From: Azolla caroliniana
Taxonomy: Eukaryota > Plantae > Polypodiophyta
Length of the DNA stretch: 64,000 nt
NCBI GenBank assembly: GCA_043228905.1
Contig: JBHGNT010000006.1
Location: 3,162,001 to 3,226,000, forward strand
Direction of reading: 5' to 3'
Shown: in pieces, positions 59,401 to 64,000 of the stretch
Layout: each line of letters begins with the position of its first letter
Position numbering within the stretch: position 1 is the stretch's first letter
Made by a program: the position numbers and the translations under genes
The notes under the pieces: model-generated
Told to the model about the DNA's origin: nothing
What the model saw: the letters and a program-made list of their open reading frames with translations, nothing else
Database searches by the model: none

Positions 59401-60399
59401 CTTTGTGCTGAAACTTCTTACCTCAACCCCTAGCAAATTAAGCGTTATATTGAGGTGAGGGATTTTCAAAGAGACAACAAAGAGTGTGATCCCAATTATG
59501 ATTTGTTGATGCTCCAATGTTGCAACACCGTGTTGAGGAAAAACAATCAAACATTTGGAATGTGTTGATGGTTACTCGTAAGATTTCTAACCCAATGTAC
59601 ATACCAATGATAGACTTGTTGTAGTTAGAAGTAGCTTGTGAGACCCTGAACTCAACATAAAATATAGAGATGGTAGTTTTACAATTATATACAACCATTT
59701 TGTGGTCCATATTCTTTTACCATCACTAAAAGTACTCCAACAGTAAAGTCAATATTTGTGCATTTATGTTATTAATTGTGCATTCCCAATCTTCAATGCC
59801 AATTGATTTATTAGCAATTGTATTATATGGGAGAGGATTCTCATTTAGGCTTGATTCTTTAACTCTCCTCTCATGTTATAATGGTATTATCCATTTAAAG
59901 AAAGAGAAAAAAGTATACATTAAATTACCACGTCACAAAATCTGAAAAGAACAAGACTACGCATTTCATAATAATGGTCTCAAAGCGTTTACAATATATT
60001 TTTGTTAAAGAGAATCATGATCATTTTTTGAACCTTCTACTATCACGATTCACAAAAATTTCTATGATCATCATCACTAATCCAAAACTTTTATTTATGG
60101 GAACAATAATGGGTTGTTGAAATCATTTTCTCTTCTATTTGTGGTAATAATTTTTCTTTTGTAACTCGGAACATTTACAATATGCAATATTAGATGGAGA
60201 TTTTTTACCATGGATGACCTATGCCCTAGATAGTAACCAAATATTACCATTGAAGCAAGAGACATGAAAAAATGCTCATATACATATAGTGAAGTACATA
60301 CATACACACTGGATGAGGTGACATGTAAAATTTAGTGCACCCAAAAAAGACAAATCTTGCAACTTCTATGAAATCAATGATCCTTTCAATATGCATACT

Positions 60400-63000
60400 T
60401 GTGGTGGTACTCCAATTGTACCTTGGACCTCAATACTTAAGGTAGTCAAACACATTATATGATGGGGAGGGTAAAACCCAAGCTCCCTCAAGAAAACCCA
60501 CCGGAAGGGTAAGACAAATTTCCTTCTTCGCGATGCACAAAGTTGCAACATAACAACCCAAATGGTTTGAACCATTTGGCATCAAGAAAACATGACAAAC
60601 AATATGCACTTTTATATGAGTAGGCAAATGGTACAAATTTATATGCTACTACACATATTCTTGATTAAAGGGGCTTGCAAACACATGGGATAATGCTCCT
60701 TCCTTATCCATGTGAAGCTTTCCTAGGGTTATCTTTACACAAACCACATCCCAAAAGCAAATATTGCATTGTTAAGTTTCACATCTTTAAGCTATGCATG
60801 TTTTATGTTATCACATATAACATATAATTCCTCACCCATCATTTGAAGTAAAGGCACTAAAAATTCTACTTTGTTCTAGGGATTAGAGAAATTCACAAGA
60901 GTAAAATAATAATGACCATACATCTTGGAAAGGTGTTGATTCAATGTTATTGCGCTATGAGCTATTATAGGCAAATTATGTCGATGGAAGATACTCAACC
61001 TAATTACTTTGCCTCATATACTTGTTAACCATATGTATTCTTGAGTATGGTTTATTGTCTAATCCCTTTCAATGATGGCCCCTTGGATTACAAAATAGAT
61101 TTTCAAAATTGGTGACCTTAAATACCAAAGGAAGACCATGTTTTTAGGCAAATCCCATAATCAAGATATCTCTTTGATGTCAAATACATGAAAGGTTATA
61201 TCGTCAAGAAACCCATTCCTAAACTCCATGGAGATACATTCCCATTTCAACTTTGTTTATGTTATAGGCGTAACCTTATGGACAAATTCTATGGCTAATT
61301 TTAATGAGTTAAGGGTAGGATCCTTAGGAAATTGGTTATCCTTGGAATTGGGACATATGACATGTGGGAACACTTAGTGGCCTAGGAGTTGTATTGAGCT
61401 ATATAAAGGGGACTAGCTACCGCCTTCATTATGACATCTTGCTGCTTATGCACTTTAGCTTTTGGTGGTATAGGCTATATTCCGTGATCATCCACAGTTT
61501 GGGAGGAGTAGAGCATAGTAATCATGGAGATATGGTATAATGCATTGAAAATAAGTTTGGCTCTTGTATATATGCTTCAAATTGGCCATGATGTGGGTCT
61601 ATGGGATTTAGATGTTATAATGCCAAGGAGTATCTTGTGTACATGTTCGTTGTGATCTTATAATGCCAAGGAGTATCTTTCATGGGAAAAAAAGAGTGTA
61701 ATCGAGTTGAATATGATTCCCACCAACAAATGCCTCAAACACATTAAGGTATGTACTCTTGCTATTAGGTACCACATGTACTTCCATGAACTCTTGAGGT
61801 ACAACCTCCCATCATGAATCAATGCACATTGAGGGTGATATTGTTTGGCATCACGACTAGCTACATACAGCTTGGCTAAATAGATAATCTTAAGCAGACA
61901 ATTCTTTGCAAACTTATGGTTTACGTTTTGAAAGGTTGTCGACACTATTTGATCCACTCAAACAATTTATTGTTCATGAATAGTCAAATATGTGAGTACT
62001 AATTATCTTAGAGATATCTTGAGCATGCATGCATCATCAATACCCCTACACATTGTACCTAATTAATAGTTGTCACTTAGTTGTACGCTTCTTATCACTA
62101 CTTTCTTGAGCCTTTTAATCTGACATGCGTACCATTTAATATAAGATGGTTGTAACTATTGATCTCATAAGTCATTTTGGTTTGTTGCAAACATCAATAT
62201 TACACTAAATCCAATCTCTCAAAGAATACACGAAACATCCAAACAAGACACGAGTTCAACCATTAAAATGAACCTGGTTATTATGCCACTAAATACCTTG
62301 GGGTCATTGAGATTATCTTGTGATTAACAAGGTCATCTACATCTATAACAAGCATCTTGCTTTTGTCTTCTCATACTTACCGTAGTTATGAAAATTCGCA
62401 CATCCTATACACATCTAGATGTAGGTGATTCTACCTTATACAAATCTATGACTATCCCGTCCTTGACTATGTTTTTACTAAGTAATCTATCTTATCAAAA
62501 GAAAAGAAAAAATTATGCTAGTATAGAAGTTATGTTTTTCTAACCACTTGCATAGTCATATTTCAGCTAAATAAGCATACCATAAAGAAACGTGAGCAAA
62601 CTCACAAAGATAAGGACGAAACACACTATCCATAAGACATATAAATGTATTACGTACACTTATTGAACCAAAAAATAAAACAACGAACTCATAATGCATG
62701 TATCTACTCCTAAAAACAATATTTGGAATATCATTCTCTTTAATCTAGGCATGACGATAACCTAATATCGAATCAACCTTAGAAAAGATATTAGTGACAT
62801 GTGATTGACCTAATAGTTTATCAATATGTGAAAGAGGATACCTATTTTTAAATGTTTTCTTATCTAGGTCCGTATCACCATTGTATAGTGTGTATGCCCC
62901 ATCTTCATTCCACTGGAACAAAACCAAATCATCACAAGGAGATAATATATATATATGTCTCATAGAATACTTTCGAGAGAAAATCTTCTAGTGGAGTTTC
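60400..63000 (-). mobile_element. Heavily decayed Ty3/Gypsy pol
   Basis: In minus-strand order: RT (KNRYPLSHIDKLL..IFSKVD..GYRH), RNase H (DA..LIHDGR..VHTL..LRHLLVG), integrase (KWECISMEF, about 61220-61250) and post-integrase motif (LPTHIKVHIVCHVFL). Confidence 0.8.
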
Positions 63001-64000
63001 AACTCTTTGAACTTGTTAATGTTGAATCTACTAGAGTATGGACTATTATTTTCCCCGGATAAGTTAAGAGAACTGAGATTTATTCATTTATCTCTAATGG
63101 GAATATCTTAGAAGTTAGGACATATGCAAAATTTATACGTTGTGGTTGTATGTGGAAAACCTCATTGACCCCAGCAACTCTCTTGTGATCCATTTGCATT
63201 GATTTCACGCATAGATTCCAAAACAACCTCACAATATCACATTTCTTAGAGAGAGAAATTGACATGGAATGCCATTGTATGAACATAAAAAACAAAGGAA
63301 TTACACATTTTCCAATTAAATAAAAGCAATCCCAGTGCAACTATTCGTGTCTCTTAAGGTAAATAAAAACAAGATATTTGAATATAAGTTATAGCAAACT
63401 AAGATTTGCAGTTGGTCTAGATCCAAAAATTGGGTTACGCCCCTTAACAGTTAATGAATTGTAAATATTAGACATTTACCTCGAAGAAAGAGCAATGTCC
63501 AGTACGGGTCCAATGATAAGTATAGAACCATTTCACATTGTGATATTGTGTGTATGTGTGTTTTATACATGTAAAAAACTAATAGTATGAAACTTTGAAG
63601 AATGTTGTGCAACACTCCATGCTTGAGAATTGGTAATTTTGTTTCTAAGGTGTGCAGATGAAATTGTGAAACCTAAAATTGAGATGCAATACTCAATAAT
63701 ATTAAACTCATTTTTGGTAATCCTTACAAAAATAGATCAGATGACACTAAAGTTCTATACATATTAATTAAATGGTATATACATATAAGTAGTAGGCTGT
63801 AATATCGATCAAACTTCACACGTTATGAAAATATAATCGCTAGTTTTCACATTTTTTGAAAGGAATTTTTATTTATTTAGAATACACCTTAATTATTAAA
63901 GTTTCTCATACATATAAGAAATATGAAAAATCATATTATCCATGTATAGCTATTTTATGATTTTTTCTAAAAAAAAATACTACATTAGTATATATATATA

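Overview
AT-rich, microsatellite-rich, gene-dense plant nuclear DNA, most likely from a fern (inferred from the PPR motif style). It holds five intronless PLS-class PPR genes (3839-6424 -, 8337-12071 +, 23169-26105 -, 35865-38510 -, 46923-48704 -), an SF2/ASF-like SR30/SR34 splicing factor with 12 coding exons, an intronless TOC159-family (TOC132/120-like) plastid import receptor, a divergent 3-exon RbcS, and a 5-exon BPP-like Ser/Pro/Arg-rich protein. It also has two duplicated pseudogene fragments, a decayed Ty3/Gypsy pol and many simple or tandem repeats. Main observation: every PPR ORF stops in or just before the E2 motif, and the sequence just past each stop still carries stop- and frameshift-riddled remnants of a DYW deaminase domain (gate, GY, HxE and CxxC motifs), in the expected order and in two cases at exact canonical spacing. 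The RNA-binding tracts stayed open while the catalytic domains appear to have decayed. All alignments were made by eye and need HMM confirmation.
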